64,000 nt of DNA from Clostridia bacterium (GTDB taxonomy: Bacteria > Bacillota > Clostridia > Oscillospirales > CAG-272): assembly GCA_017621085.1 (NCBI GenBank), contig JAGATW010000028.1, forward strand, positions 4,107-68,106, read 5' to 3'. The notes under the pieces are model-generated. The model searched no databases. It was not told the origin of the DNA and was given only the letters and a program-made list of their open reading frames with translations. The position numbers and the translations under genes are program-made. How positions within the stretch are numbered: the first letter of the stretch is position 1; each line of letters begins with the position of its first letter. Shown in pieces: positions 1 through 9,964 of the stretch.

Positions 1-1779
1 AATTGTAGATGTTTCTCCTACATATACCACCTCAATCTTGTTATCATCGAGGAATTTAACTGTAGCCAAGCCTTCGTTTTCTTGGTTATATCCTACATAA
101 TATCCTGTCATTATTTCGTTGATATCAGGAGCTTCCTTAACTATGATTTCAAGCTCACAGGATACATTTTCAACCTTTGTAGAAGTTAACTTAACTACAT
201 ATGTGCCCGGGTTATATGCAATAAAGGTTGTAACCTCCTCGCCATCTATCTCATCACTTGACAAGTATGCCACCGATTCTGCAACATCTCCCAATATTTC
301 AGCAGTATATGAGCCATCATAATTTACGCCCGCATATGCCTTGAAGTTCAGAATCTTGTTAACATACATCTCAACATTCTCCACCTCATTAAACTCATTG
401 TATGACTCATCGTAAACCTCAGCACTGATACTTGTAGGTGGTAATAATGCCACATTTATGGTTGATATGGTTTCTATGCCATCAACAGTAATTACAAGGG
501 TATATGAGCCAGGTGAGCTTAACGGGAATGAGTATGTCAGTGTTTCTTTATCGTATATTGGAAATATCCATGGGTCAGATTTGGTGTCGTCATTATTGAA
601 CACCTCAATAGAGATATCACATAATGAAAGAATAGCTGTCAAGGGTTCTATTTCTGTAAACTGAAGTTTAATTGTCTCGTTTGCTTCAACCTCTATATCG
701 TATTCCTCGATATCCCTGCCGTTACCGTCGGTTATGATATATGAATACAACTTTATTGCACTGGAGCTATAAATGTTCTCTTTAGGCTCATTTTCGTTTG
801 TTGTGCTTTGAGTCATTGTACATTCATAGTCATTGTACTCACCGGTAGATGTTACTTTTGCATCAGAAATGATGCCCTCCTCATTGATAGTGAAGCTAAC
901 ACTAACATCACAACCATTCATCGTCAAGCCAAAGCCGACAACATTTCCATCAACTGTTCCAACCTTCGCTGCCGGATCATCACCGCTTATAACAAGACTA
1001 TACAAGTCTAATATAAAGTCGCTAACGCCGTATGATGCATTTTCATAATCTTGAGCAAATACATAGTTTATTTTAGCACCACCAAAGTTTTCCTCGGTTG
1101 CCACCTCATCAGGAAGACACGCCTTACCTGATTGAACCATTATTGCAAAAACATTATCATCTTCATCATATGAATAGTAATACTCGTTTGCATAGTCGTT
1201 ATTCTCATTCACATATGTAAATCCCTCGCTGATTTCATACCATGATGTAGTGAGGGTTGTTCCTAACGATAATTTACTGTATGTGCTTGTTTCGATTTTT
1301 CCAAATACAACCTTGTAACTGTTTGTGCGAACAATCTCTATTGCCTCAGCCAATGTAGAAAATGCCGGAAGCTTAAAGTATCCGCACTCGCAATTTCCAG
1401 TTTCATCAAAATCATGTGGTTCTACATCTTTTTTTGCATCATCATGTTCACATGTAGCCTTGTAATAATGATTTGTATCATCATAGCTAAGCTTGTTTTC
1501 GTAAGTATGCTCATGCACTTCCGGTTCATCCGGCTTTGAGCCCGGCGTCGAGCTCTCCGTTGAATCAGGTGTTGAGCTCTCTGTCGAATCAGGTGTAGAG
1601 CCTGTCGTTGAATTAGGTGTTGAAGCCTCAGTTGAGCCCGGTGTTGAGCTCTCTGTTGTGTCCGGTCTTGAGCTTTCTGTTGTAGGTTTGCTTGACTCAG
1701 TGGTGTTTTCGTCACCACATGCTACCAAGCATAAGGCTACAATCATTAAGCACAAAACCAAATAAATAAGCTTTTTCAT
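1..1779 (-). CDS. Large surface lipoprotein, N-terminal part only (3' end lies beyond the window start); paralog of 43743..46928
   Basis: Absent from the ORF track because it has no stop in the window. My translation from the ATG at 1777..1779 gives MKKLIYLVLCLMIVALCLVAC (lipobox), then S/T/P-rich 8-aa repeats. It continues VHEHTYENKLSYDDTNHYYKATCEHDDAKKDVEPHDFDETGNCECGYFKLP, which aligns with HEHTFATEYSYDEENHYYAATCEHSDEKSGVEAHSYDAAGNCKCGYFKLP of copy B. The frame was spot-checked open at 1..60, 601..660 and 1021..1080. Confidence 0.8.
   Translation of the reverse strand, partial: MKKLIYLVLCLMIVALCLVACGDENTTESSKPTTESSRPDTTESSTPGSTEASTPNSTTGSTPDSTESSTPDSTESSTPGSKPDEPEVHEHTYENKLSYDDTNHYYKATCEHDDAKKDVEPHDFDETGNCECGYFKLPAFSTLAEAIEIVRTNSYKVVFGKIETSTYSKLSLGTTLTTSWYEISEGFTYVNENNDYANEYYYSYDEDDNVFAIMVQSGKACLPDEVATEENFGGAKINYVFAQDYENASYGVSDFILDLYSLVISGDDPAAKVGTVDGNVVGFGLTMNGCDVSVSFTINEEGIISDAKVTSTGEYNDYECTMTQSTTNENEPKENIYSSSAIKLYSYIITDGNGRDIEEYDIEVEANETIKLQFTEIEPLTAILSLCDISIEVFNNDDTKSDPWIFPIYDKETLTYSFPLSSPGSYTLVITVDGIETISTINVALLPPTSISAEVYDESYNEFNEVENVEMYVNKILNFKAYAGVNYDGSYTAEILGDVAESVAYLSSDEIDGEEVTTFIAYNPGTYVVKLTSTKVENVSCELEIIVKEAPDINEIMTGYYVGYNQENEGLATVKFLDDNKIEVVYVGETSTI
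1531..1704 (-). repeat. Seven tandem 24-nt (8-aa) S/T/P-rich repeats in the linker of the copy-A large lipoprotein
   Basis: The translation reads TTESSKP-TTESSRPD-TTESSTPG-STEASTPN-STTGSTPD-STESSTPD-STESSTPG. Confidence 0.8.
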
Positions 1780-1799
1780 CCTTTTATCTCCTTATAAAA

Positions 1800-3518
1800 T
1801 CACTCGTAATACCCACATGCAAATAACCACTGGTCATCCTCTGTGGACTCATATGGTGGATTTCCGGTTTCTGCCCATCCGTCTCCATCCATAAATAAAA
1901 CTTGGTTTACCGAATACTTCTGCAAGAAATCCTTTAGTTCTTTTGTGACAGGCACTGCTCCGTCGCTATTGATTATGGACGCATATCCAATCAAACCAAT
2001 ATAGTCTTCAGAGCATTCAATCATACCTCCGTAAACCGACATCGACATTGACTGAGCGGAATCGTAGCTCTCTATAAAGAACTTGTAGTTCTCTGTTCCG
2101 TTAGAAACGGTCAATGCTTTGTTTCCCTGATACTCCACGGTTGTGAAGGAACGGTCCAGCACCTTCGTTCTTGCCGAGACTGTAATATCCGCATATATTA
2201 TTGGTCCGTAGCCGAAGCCGAAGCCATCCTCTGAATCATCGGTATATTTTGTTTCATCATATCTGTGATAGAATCCTGTTTTTTCATTATACCGATAGTT
2301 ATCTCCTATCAAAACGACTCTACCATTAATAGTTGTTGCAGGATTTACCCAAGTTTTACCAACATCGGCACCGTAAATCCTATTAAAGTATGACTTTAGG
2401 TGTTGAACGCATTGCCCGCGAATAAATTCATGCTTATTTAAGAAAATATTCAAAGCTAATCCATCGCTTAACTGCGCGCCTGTCAATGCTTGTAGCTCGT
2501 TGTACGACTCTTCTGTCGCAAAGCTATATTCATTCAAAAAATCTTCCTTACTTAAGGCTCTCATTTCCAATAGCTTATCAGCCATTATATCATACAGCTC
2601 ATTTGGAATAACATAGTCTGAGCTTGTATGCTCTAACTCAAAGCCACCCTCATACTGAACTGCAAAATCTACATTCAAGGGAAAATACTTTTCATTTCTT
2701 GCTGTAGCATAAATTGAAAATACAAAAACGACTTGTCCTCCACCGCTTGTAGAAATCATCTCGTCTGCTATTTCAACCTCATACTTGAAATTCTTAGTAT
2801 AATTCTCGCCTTCAGTTCCACCTGTGTCCAGTGTGTACAGATATATCGGAGCTGCAAAGCTACTTGTATAAACATCTATTTTTGGGTTAATCTTATCATC
2901 GGATGTCGAAACCCAGGATTCAATTGTATAAGTACCACTCTTAGTAGGTCTGAATTCAAAATATAGCTTCTGTTGTGCATTTTTTAGTGTGGCTCTGTAC
3001 ATACTGGTTGCTGACAGCTCTTTCCTGCTATACAGTCCCGAGCCTGCTCCCTTTGTTGTACCTATTTTATAGATATCAATTCTAACATTAGGCTTATCAT
3101 TTGTAGCCTCGTAAATGTTAGGGTTATATGTATAACCGTCAGGAATGTTATCCAGTGTTACTCTGTAATCTCCGTCAAGACCGTACATTACAGCTATTCC
3201 ATTTTCATTGACCGGAGCGGAAATAAACGAAATTCCATCTGTCCACTTAACCTTGATGGGTGACTCGGTATCTCCGGCAAACGGTAAACCGTTATACATA
3301 AGATAAACAGAAAACTCGCTTACTTCCTCACCCGGCTTGTCAGTGTCGGGGCTTTCTTCTTTTCCACTGCTCTCGGTTGTATCATTCGGTTTAGAGCTTG
3401 GTGTTGTTTGCTCACTAGATGATGTTGTGGAATCTTCTCCACCTGTATCGCCGGTATTACATCCAAAAAGCATCATAGCAAAGACTATTAACAAAAGTAT
3501 AGAAATAATTCTTTTCAT
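1800..3518 (-). CDS. Lipoprotein, 572 aa, beta-rich, function unknown (module component; paralog of 47024..48751)
   Basis: Signal peptide with lipobox (LLLIVFAMMLFGC), then an S/T/E/P-rich linker. Beta-sandwich-like blocks follow (DGDYRVTLDNIPDGYTYNP; TKSGTYTIESW). ATGA overlap with the upstream gene. Colinear and highly similar to the copy-B protein over its full length, including the C-terminal QWLFACGYYE. Confidence 0.85.
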   Translation of the reverse strand: MKRIISILLLIVFAMMLFGCNTGDTGGEDSTTSSSEQTTPSSKPNDTTESSGKEESPDTDKPGEEVSEFSVYLMYNGLPFAGDTESPIKVKWTDGISFISAPVNENGIAVMYGLDGDYRVTLDNIPDGYTYNPNIYEATNDKPNVRIDIYKIGTTKGAGSGLYSRKELSATSMYRATLKNAQQKLYFEFRPTKSGTYTIESWVSTSDDKINPKIDVYTSSFAAPIYLYTLDTGGTEGENYTKNFKYEVEIADEMISTSGGGQVVFVFSIYATARNEKYFPLNVDFAVQYEGGFELEHTSSDYVIPNELYDIMADKLLEMRALSKEDFLNEYSFATEESYNELQALTGAQLSDGLALNIFLNKHEFIRGQCVQHLKSYFNRIYGADVGKTWVNPATTINGRVVLIGDNYRYNEKTGFYHRYDETKYTDDSEDGFGFGYGPIIYADITVSARTKVLDRSFTTVEYQGNKALTVSNGTENYKFFIESYDSAQSMSMSVYGGMIECSEDYIGLIGYASIINSDGAVPVTKELKDFLQKYSVNQVLFMDGDGWAETGNPPYESTEDDQWLFACGYYE

Positions 3519-6190
3519 TTTGCTTTTCCTCCTATACCACCGATATTAAAAAAGCTCTTAATATCATTGAGTTTGATTTTTCTGATTATTACATCAATGA
3601 CATAAAGCACTATTGCTAACGCCATCAGATAAATAGTGTAATAGTAAACATATGTATCGACTTCGTTTTCGTCGTTCTCTATTTTCAATTCACCATTTTC
3701 ACTAACCGTACCATCTACAATAGCATTGTATAGCAAGCTTGCATCAAAAATCTCAAAGCTATTGTATTCCGGCTCATATGCAACATCAAAGCTTGTGTTA
3801 GCCTCAAATGATTCCTCACCGTATTCATACACCACTTTAAGCTTATATTTGCCGATAAAGCTTGAATCAAAGCTCATCTTATATGAGCCTGCAACATAAT
3901 ACAGTGTGTTTTTCGTTTCATCTCCGTTTGGACTTACAAGAGTCACGGAAACTATAACATCAGGATTATTCTCCGCGGGTATAATTTCCAAAACAGAGCC
4001 CGATGCGCTGTGAATCACATCTATCATAAAGGGATAGTCAATTCTTTCCTTCGGTGTATTGGTAATCAATATTCTCTGATACACCTCTGTTGCATTATTG
4101 TCATCCTCCCAGTCCTCTACCCACTTACCTGAGAAGGTAGTGGAAATTGATGTAACTCGTCCATCTCCATAATTCCAATAGGAATATATAGGAACTCTCA
4201 CAACATCTCCGGAGGGCTTTTCATAATCAACCGATAGCACCACCGTAACATTACTCTTTACCTTGCCGTAATAGTATCCTTTTATGTTTGGAAGACTAAC
4301 TACTCCATCTACCAAAGGATCATTGTAGTCCTCAATGTTTACAACGGTATCATTCTCTATCACCGATTGTGTTATATCATCTGCTATATCAGTTGATACA
4401 ACATCCTTTACAGCCTCAGGTGACTTTACATAATAGTACTTACCACCACCTGATTTTTGAATTCTTGTAAGGAAATCCGCGCCTTCATCGCTGGCTGTAT
4501 TTATGACTGATGTGTAGATGCCGTTTCTCTTCATTGTTGAGGCAATTGAAATTGCGTCATCTCTTTCATTAACGGCAGCATATGAACGGCCATCACTTAT
4601 GAGCATTACATATTTCTCGGAGAATGGCTGTTCCTTCATCTGCTCATATGCTACTCTCAAGCCTGCGCCCAAAACCGTTCCTTGTGTGGGCTTAATGGAA
4701 TTTATAATTTGTATTATCTCTTCCTTGTGTATCAAAGAGGTTGGTCGCTGAGCAATTGTAACCTCACCCGAAACAGTTATAACCATTACATAGTCAGTCT
4801 TAGACATCATATTGAGTAACTGTATAGCGGATTCCTTTGCCATAATAAGCTGTGATGCATCCTGCATACTTCTTGATGAATCTATTACCAATGCGTACAG
4901 CTTCGGATCTCCATCGGAATTACCATACTTTATCGCAAGCATATCTTCAAGAGTTTTGTAAATCTCATCGTCCTGATTTTGTATAAAGGTATTACCTGCT
5001 GTAATTAGGCTTTTTCCAAATTTAGATACAACCACATCCAGGTTATGAAGAAATGTAGTTGTGTTCTCTATTTCCTTAATATCCATATCAGAAATAATGA
5101 TTTCGTCATATTTGCAAAGCTCCTCGATGCTATAAGGAACAGGCTCCTTACGCTTTAACAAAAGCGGGGCATATATCTCTGCCTTCTCTTCATATAGCTC
5201 CTCTGCTCTTCTGAGATCTGATTTGGTTTTAGAAATCAAAAGCACCTGTAGCTTTTCTGTTATGGTCTGAGTAAATGCGTGAACATTATTTTTATCCGAA
5301 ACATCGTGGTTTGCATCCACTACTACCTTATAATCAAAGCTGCCACCCACGGATGTATCTAGCTCAATATTTACTATATTGAAGCCCTTTTGCAATTGTT
5401 TGGTTACTTCAGCCTTCAAGTTGCCTTCACTGTCAAACAATCTTACAAATGCATCATTCTTATCATTTTTGTTTCCCAAATTTGGAATATAATCAGAATT
5501 TGACTGTATTAAAACCTGAAGCGTTGATTTGTGATTAAGATATGTAGAAGGAGTATAATCAATATCATTGATTTGAACCTCATAGTCACCATCCTTAAGG
5601 TTACTGTCCACATATATTGCATCAATATAAATATTCTGTGTCTCCAACGCCTTTACAGCCGAAATCAGTCCTCCGGCAGTTGTTCCACTATTCTCCTTGC
5701 TATCAGTAATCAAAACAATTCTCTTAATTGCATCCTCAGAAAACATTCCTGCTGTGTATTCAAGTGCAGAGGCTATATCTGTCTTGCTGGTATCCACTGT
5801 ATTATCAGATACGGTGGTAAAGATACCTCCCAGATCCGTCAAGAGCTGTTGATCCTTGCCAAAGCACACTACTCCAACCTTGGAATTAGGTGGCAAATTT
5901 CCATCAAGATTTCTTATGTATTCATCTATTTGCTCATAGTTTCTGCTTGACGAATACGAAACATCTGCAACTACAAAAACCTCTGTTTCGGTCTTCACAG
6001 TTGTCTGGTGCAATCCGGAAAACGCAACCGACACTACTGCTACTATAAACAAATGAATTATCAAGGAAGCTATTGTGGATTTACTCTTATTTTCCTTCTT
6101 AATTGCCAGTATGTAAGGAATGATAGTAAGAAGTAAGAGCGGTATAGCTATTAAAAGCAAATACGGATTATCTAAGCTGATACTTTTCAT
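3515..6190 (-). CDS. Membrane protein with BatA-type N-terminus and two vWA (MIDAS) domains
   Basis: The ORF track gives 3515..6217. I moved the start to the ATG at 6190 (MKSISLDNPYLLL) by alignment to the paralog start MTSISFDNPYLLL. This reproduces the same 23-nt overlap with the upstream gene seen in copy B. DxSxS MIDAS motifs are VVADVSYSSS and LVIDSSRSM. C-terminal TM helix YYTIYLMALAIVLYVIDVII. Confidence 0.85.
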   Translation of the reverse strand: MKSISLDNPYLLLIAIPLLLLTIIPYILAIKKENKSKSTIASLIIHLFIVAVVSVAFSGLHQTTVKTETEVFVVADVSYSSSRNYEQIDEYIRNLDGNLPPNSKVGVVCFGKDQQLLTDLGGIFTTVSDNTVDTSKTDIASALEYTAGMFSEDAIKRIVLITDSKENSGTTAGGLISAVKALETQNIYIDAIYVDSNLKDGDYEVQINDIDYTPSTYLNHKSTLQVLIQSNSDYIPNLGNKNDKNDAFVRLFDSEGNLKAEVTKQLQKGFNIVNIELDTSVGGSFDYKVVVDANHDVSDKNNVHAFTQTITEKLQVLLISKTKSDLRRAEELYEEKAEIYAPLLLKRKEPVPYSIEELCKYDEIIISDMDIKEIENTTTFLHNLDVVVSKFGKSLITAGNTFIQNQDDEIYKTLEDMLAIKYGNSDGDPKLYALVIDSSRSMQDASQLIMAKESAIQLLNMMSKTDYVMVITVSGEVTIAQRPTSLIHKEEIIQIINSIKPTQGTVLGAGLRVAYEQMKEQPFSEKYVMLISDGRSYAAVNERDDAISIASTMKRNGIYTSVINTASDEGADFLTRIQKSGGGKYYYVKSPEAVKDVVSTDIADDITQSVIENDTVVNIEDYNDPLVDGVVSLPNIKGYYYGKVKSNVTVVLSVDYEKPSGDVVRVPIYSYWNYGDGRVTSISTTFSGKWVEDWEDDNNATEVYQRILITNTPKERIDYPFMIDVIHSASGSVLEIIPAENNPDVIVSVTLVSPNGDETKNTLYYVAGSYKMSFDSSFIGKYKLKVVYEYGEESFEANTSFDVAYEPEYNSFEIFDASLLYNAIVDGTVSENGELKIENDENEVDTYVYYYTIYLMALAIVLYVIDVIIRKIKLNDIKSFFNIGGIGGKAK

Positions 6191-8044
6191 AACAATACAC
6201 CACCCATTCTGCCACAAATATAACAGCTAAACATATGAAAAACACTATAAGCTCATCATATATTGCATCCAAGCCGCCCTCTCCTGCTTCTCCTGAAAGA
6301 CCAATTCTTTCCTCAGGCTCAGTAACAGGCTCTCTTTCTGCCTCTGGCATAGCAGAATAGATATAAAACTCTCTTGGTTGTCCTGAAATCATTGCTGTAA
6401 TTTTATATGTTCCAACCTCATCAAGCTTTAATTCGCTTACTGTGTTGTGAACACTCAAATGCGTTACATTATTCATTGGAGTGTCCACTCTGATGCTCTC
6501 ACAATTCGCTATTACATTAATCTGCGCATTTTCTCCGCAGTAGTACGACGTTTTCTCAATAACTACGGGGAAAGAAAAATCCAACAGATTTTTTACCAGC
6601 ATAACATAATCAGCCAGCAACGGCATATCCGAATCATGCAGGTCAAACGCAAATACAACCTCACGATTACCATAGGTATTTGCACCCGTAAATATAAGAG
6701 GATTACCCTCATGAGTAAACAGAGTGCTGAAGTTTCTATACACATCATACTTTGAATATTTTGATATGTATATCTCGCTTCCGTCCACATTTTCAAGTAG
6801 CTTTTTTATCATCGTTGCGCTTGCTTTTGACTTAACAATAGTCTCTGCCTTGTCAAGCTTGTTCTCTCCTTGATAGTTAAATCCGGAGTTCTCTATGCTC
6901 TTCGTCGTGTTGATTAACCAAACGCTTCCGTCCTTCGGGACAGCTTTTGGGTTGCAGGAATGGAATATATACAAGCCGTATCCTGTTATATCCCTGCTTT
7001 CACCATCTTCTTTCTTTAAATACTCATCCGGTGTCATAACCTTTACATCGGCATTACTTACTACATCTAATACCGTTTCCAAGAAAAACGGAGTATCACT
7101 TACGAGAAGAGTCTTGTATGAGTTTTCGCTTTTCACATTGAAAATGACGCTTTCATTGTCGAGCATCAATCCATCTTCATTAGTTATTCTCACCACTGCC
7201 TTCTGAAATTTCTCCAAATCAACCGACAATTCAAATTCTGATGGCTTTTCCTTTGAAACCTGAAGCTCTATAGACTTTGACACAGAAATCTCATCATTCA
7301 CAAGTAGTTCAACTGTAACCGTACCGTCGTTTTGATAAGACACAACCTTTCCTTTTACAGTTAAAACATCGTTCATTGTATAGTCGTATTCCACTTCGGT
7401 TAACGCATAGTTATTGCATGCACTGCCAACATTTATGACCTCAATATTATCAGTAGCATTATAGCTATTGTCCGTTATCAAGTAAGTTTTCACGCCGGGA
7501 TTTTCATTAAAGTAGCTTTGTGCTTTATTTTGAGCGCTACCAAAGTTCTCTTCAACGAATCCAACCTTCAGCTCATCTAAAAGCAATAGAGCCTTTTCTT
7601 TATCAGCTTCTCTCTCAAATACGGTAATAGTTTCGCTTCCTACGCACAACAGCGTATAAGTGCTTCCTTTTTGGCATCGGAGATAAGCTCTGATATTTCA
7701 TTTTTACCAATCTCAAATCTCGTCGTTTCTTCCGCACTCTTTATATTCATGCTTCCGCTTGCATCAAGAACAAAGCAATATTCCTTAGCGGCATTTGGCA
7801 CAGTTATAACAGGATGCGCAATTGTAAGAGATATTATCACTATCGCTAAAATCTGTAAAATTAAGCTGATAATTCCGGTTAGCTTGTTATCCCTCTTCCT
7901 TTTCTTTAAAAACCTTTCGCTAAGCGTCCAAAGATAGGTAGCTGAAACTGTTTGCTCCGTGTATTTGCTCTTGATTATATATATCAAAATCAAGATTGGT
8001 ATTCCTATTAATCCCAATAGTCCTAAGGGGTACAAAAAGCTCAT
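6168..8044 (-). pseudogene. BatA-like TM-vWA protein gene interrupted by a frameshift (intact paralog at 51416..53284)
   Basis: ORFs 7640..8044 (134 aa) and 6168..7649 (493 aa) are together colinear with the 622-aa copy-B protein. The N-terminus is MSFLYPLGLLGLIGIPIL with MIDAS motif FVLDASGSM. One extra base in the T5 run at 7668..7672 (A5 on the coding strand) would join the frames. The joined reading ..DAKKGSTYTLLCVGSETITVFE matches ..GNGSLYTLICVDNNTTTVFE in copy B. Confidence 0.7.
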
Positions 8045-8925
8045 TTCAACACCCCTTTCTCAATAAGCTTACCAAAGAATATGTCACTCATAGAATCTTC
8101 CGTTGACACAAGAAGATAATTTGCCCCTCTGGAGCCACATATATTACTGATTCTTTCAGTAACATAGTTGAGTGCTTCTTTGTATGCTTGTAATATTTCT
8201 CTTTTTATATTTTTTCTGTATGTTTTTTCAACATTTTCCGAATCAAAAAGATGAACCTTACCTCTGATTTTTGGATATAACTCTTCCGGAGATAAAACCT
8301 GTATACAAAAAACATCTCTTTTTTTGTCTGCCAAATGGTTTATAGCATTTTCGTAATCATTGTCGGTCAAAAAGTCCGAAATAATCACCGACATACCATC
8401 TCCATACCCTACATTTGTTGGGATAATCGCATCGCTTATAAAGCTGTCTCCGCCAAATTCAATTTCATTAAGCTTGCCGATTTCGGACAAAAAGGAATCC
8501 TTACCCACGATACCTGAAACAATTTCAAAAACCTGCTTGTCCTTAAGAGCAAATATAGAAACCTTATCCATTTCCGCCAAGGATAGATATGCTATGGTTG
8601 CCGCTATCCTTATTGCATGGTCGGCTTTATCGCCCTTTCCGTATTCCATTGAACGGCTTGTGTCTATGTATATCTTAGTGTGCATCTGCCTTTCATCCAA
8701 AAACAGCTTTTGATAAAGCTTATCAAATCTGGCATACGCATTCCAATCTATTTTGGTTATATCATCACCGGGAATATAATCACGATAATCAGCAAACTCG
8801 CAGGAAGAGCCATAGGTTTTACTTTGATGAGTTCCACCAAATAAGCCCGCTACATTGTTTTTAATCAAGGTTTGCAGTGATTCAATCTGTTGCAAAAACT
8901 CCTCATTGATTATTGCGTTTCTCAT
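8041..8925 (-). CDS. DUF58 family protein (vWA-like partner of MoxR)
   Basis: Hallmark block FADYRDYIPGDDITKIDWNAYARFDKLY. ATGA-type 4-nt overlap with the downstream gene. Paralog at 53281..54165, also 294 aa. Confidence 0.85.
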   Translation of the reverse strand: MRNAIINEEFLQQIESLQTLIKNNVAGLFGGTHQSKTYGSSCEFADYRDYIPGDDITKIDWNAYARFDKLYQKLFLDERQMHTKIYIDTSRSMEYGKGDKADHAIRIAATIAYLSLAEMDKVSIFALKDKQVFEIVSGIVGKDSFLSEIGKLNEIEFGGDSFISDAIIPTNVGYGDGMSVIISDFLTDNDYENAINHLADKKRDVFCIQVLSPEELYPKIRGKVHLFDSENVEKTYRKNIKREILQAYKEALNYVTERISNICGSRGANYLLVSTEDSMSDIFFGKLIEKGVLK

Positions 8926-8939
8926 ATTTTAATTGGCCC

Positions 8940-9938
8940 TTATTTTTTACTAGTTTCTCTTATAACCATACCAATTACATCGTCTACCGTCAGCTTTTCG
9001 TTTACTGCGGTGTAATTGATTTTAATTCTATGTCTTAATACAGGACGAGCTAAAGCATTTATATCCTCGTATGAAACGTTATAATTACCGTTTATCAGTG
9101 CTCTTACCTTGGCACATGTAATCAACGCCTGAGCTGCACGAGGTGATGCTCCGTACTTAATGTACTTCTTTGCAGATTCAGGAGACTTGCTAAGCTCCCT
9201 ATGTGTGTTTGATACAAGGTTAACCGCATAGCGAACAATATCATCAATAACAGGCACTTGTGATGCCAGCTTTCTCATTTCCAGGATTGTAGGTCCGTCT
9301 ACAACAGCGTTTGCCGTTTCATCAAGGGTAATTTGTGTCATATTTACGATATCAACAAGCTCATCGTCACTTGGAAATTCCATTATAAGCTTGAAAACAA
9401 AACGGTCCATTTGCGCTTCAGGCAATGGATAGGTACCATCCTGCTCTATCGGGTTTTCAGTAGCCAATACAAAAAACGGCTCGTTTAACTTATATGTTTG
9501 ATTACCAACGGTTATTTTGTGCTCCTGCATTACCTCAAGCATTGCTGACTGTGTCTTTGGTGTGGCACGGTTAATCTCATCGGCTAAAACCAAATTTGCA
9601 AAAATTGGACCCTTACGGAAGGAGCTAACCATCTTTCCGTCAGCATCCTTTTCTATAACATTTGTACCTGTTACATCGGATGGCATCAGGTCAGGCGTAA
9701 ACTGGATTCTGGAGAAGGGGAGACTTAGTGTTCTCGCCAAGGAACGGACAAGACGGGTTTTTCCAACGCCCGGAACGCCCTCCAAAAGAACATTTCCTCC
9801 TGCAATAATTGCAATAATAATGTTGTCTACTATCTCGTTTTGACCTACCACATCCTTGCGTAGCTCGGTCTTGATTAAACTCACTGTTTCGCTAAACTTC
9901 TTTACTTTTTCTATATTTTCAACATTTGGCTGTTTCAT
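8940..9938 (-). CDS. MoxR-family AAA+ ATPase
   Basis: Walker A LLEGVPGVGKT and Walker B LVLADEINRATPKTQSAMLEVMQE. Typical MoxR length (332 aa) and typical position upstream of DUF58. Confidence 0.9.
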   Translation of the reverse strand: MKQPNVENIEKVKKFSETVSLIKTELRKDVVGQNEIVDNIIIAIIAGGNVLLEGVPGVGKTRLVRSLARTLSLPFSRIQFTPDLMPSDVTGTNVIEKDADGKMVSSFRKGPIFANLVLADEINRATPKTQSAMLEVMQEHKITVGNQTYKLNEPFFVLATENPIEQDGTYPLPEAQMDRFVFKLIMEFPSDDELVDIVNMTQITLDETANAVVDGPTILEMRKLASQVPVIDDIVRYAVNLVSNTHRELSKSPESAKKYIKYGASPRAAQALITCAKVRALINGNYNVSYEDINALARPVLRHRIKINYTAVNEKLTVDDVIGMVIRETSKK

Positions 9939-9964
9939 TTCCTATTTCCTCATTCCTTGAAATC

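Noticed and set aside
1422-1718. 98-aa Q/R/H-rich ORF on the minus strand
   Set aside because: It is an alternative frame of the 24-nt S/T/P repeat array inside the large lipoprotein gene (frame ending at 1779). Its low-complexity composition is a by-product of the repeats.
7660-7680. Programmed -1 ribosomal frameshift or transcriptional slippage at GCC AAA AAG to rescue the split BatA-like gene
   Set aside because: Only five A residues are present, and the P-site codon would re-pair with CAA. This is shorter than typical slippery heptamers or slippage tracts, I saw no obvious downstream stimulatory structure, and the paralog has no such site. A mutation or sequencing error is more economical.
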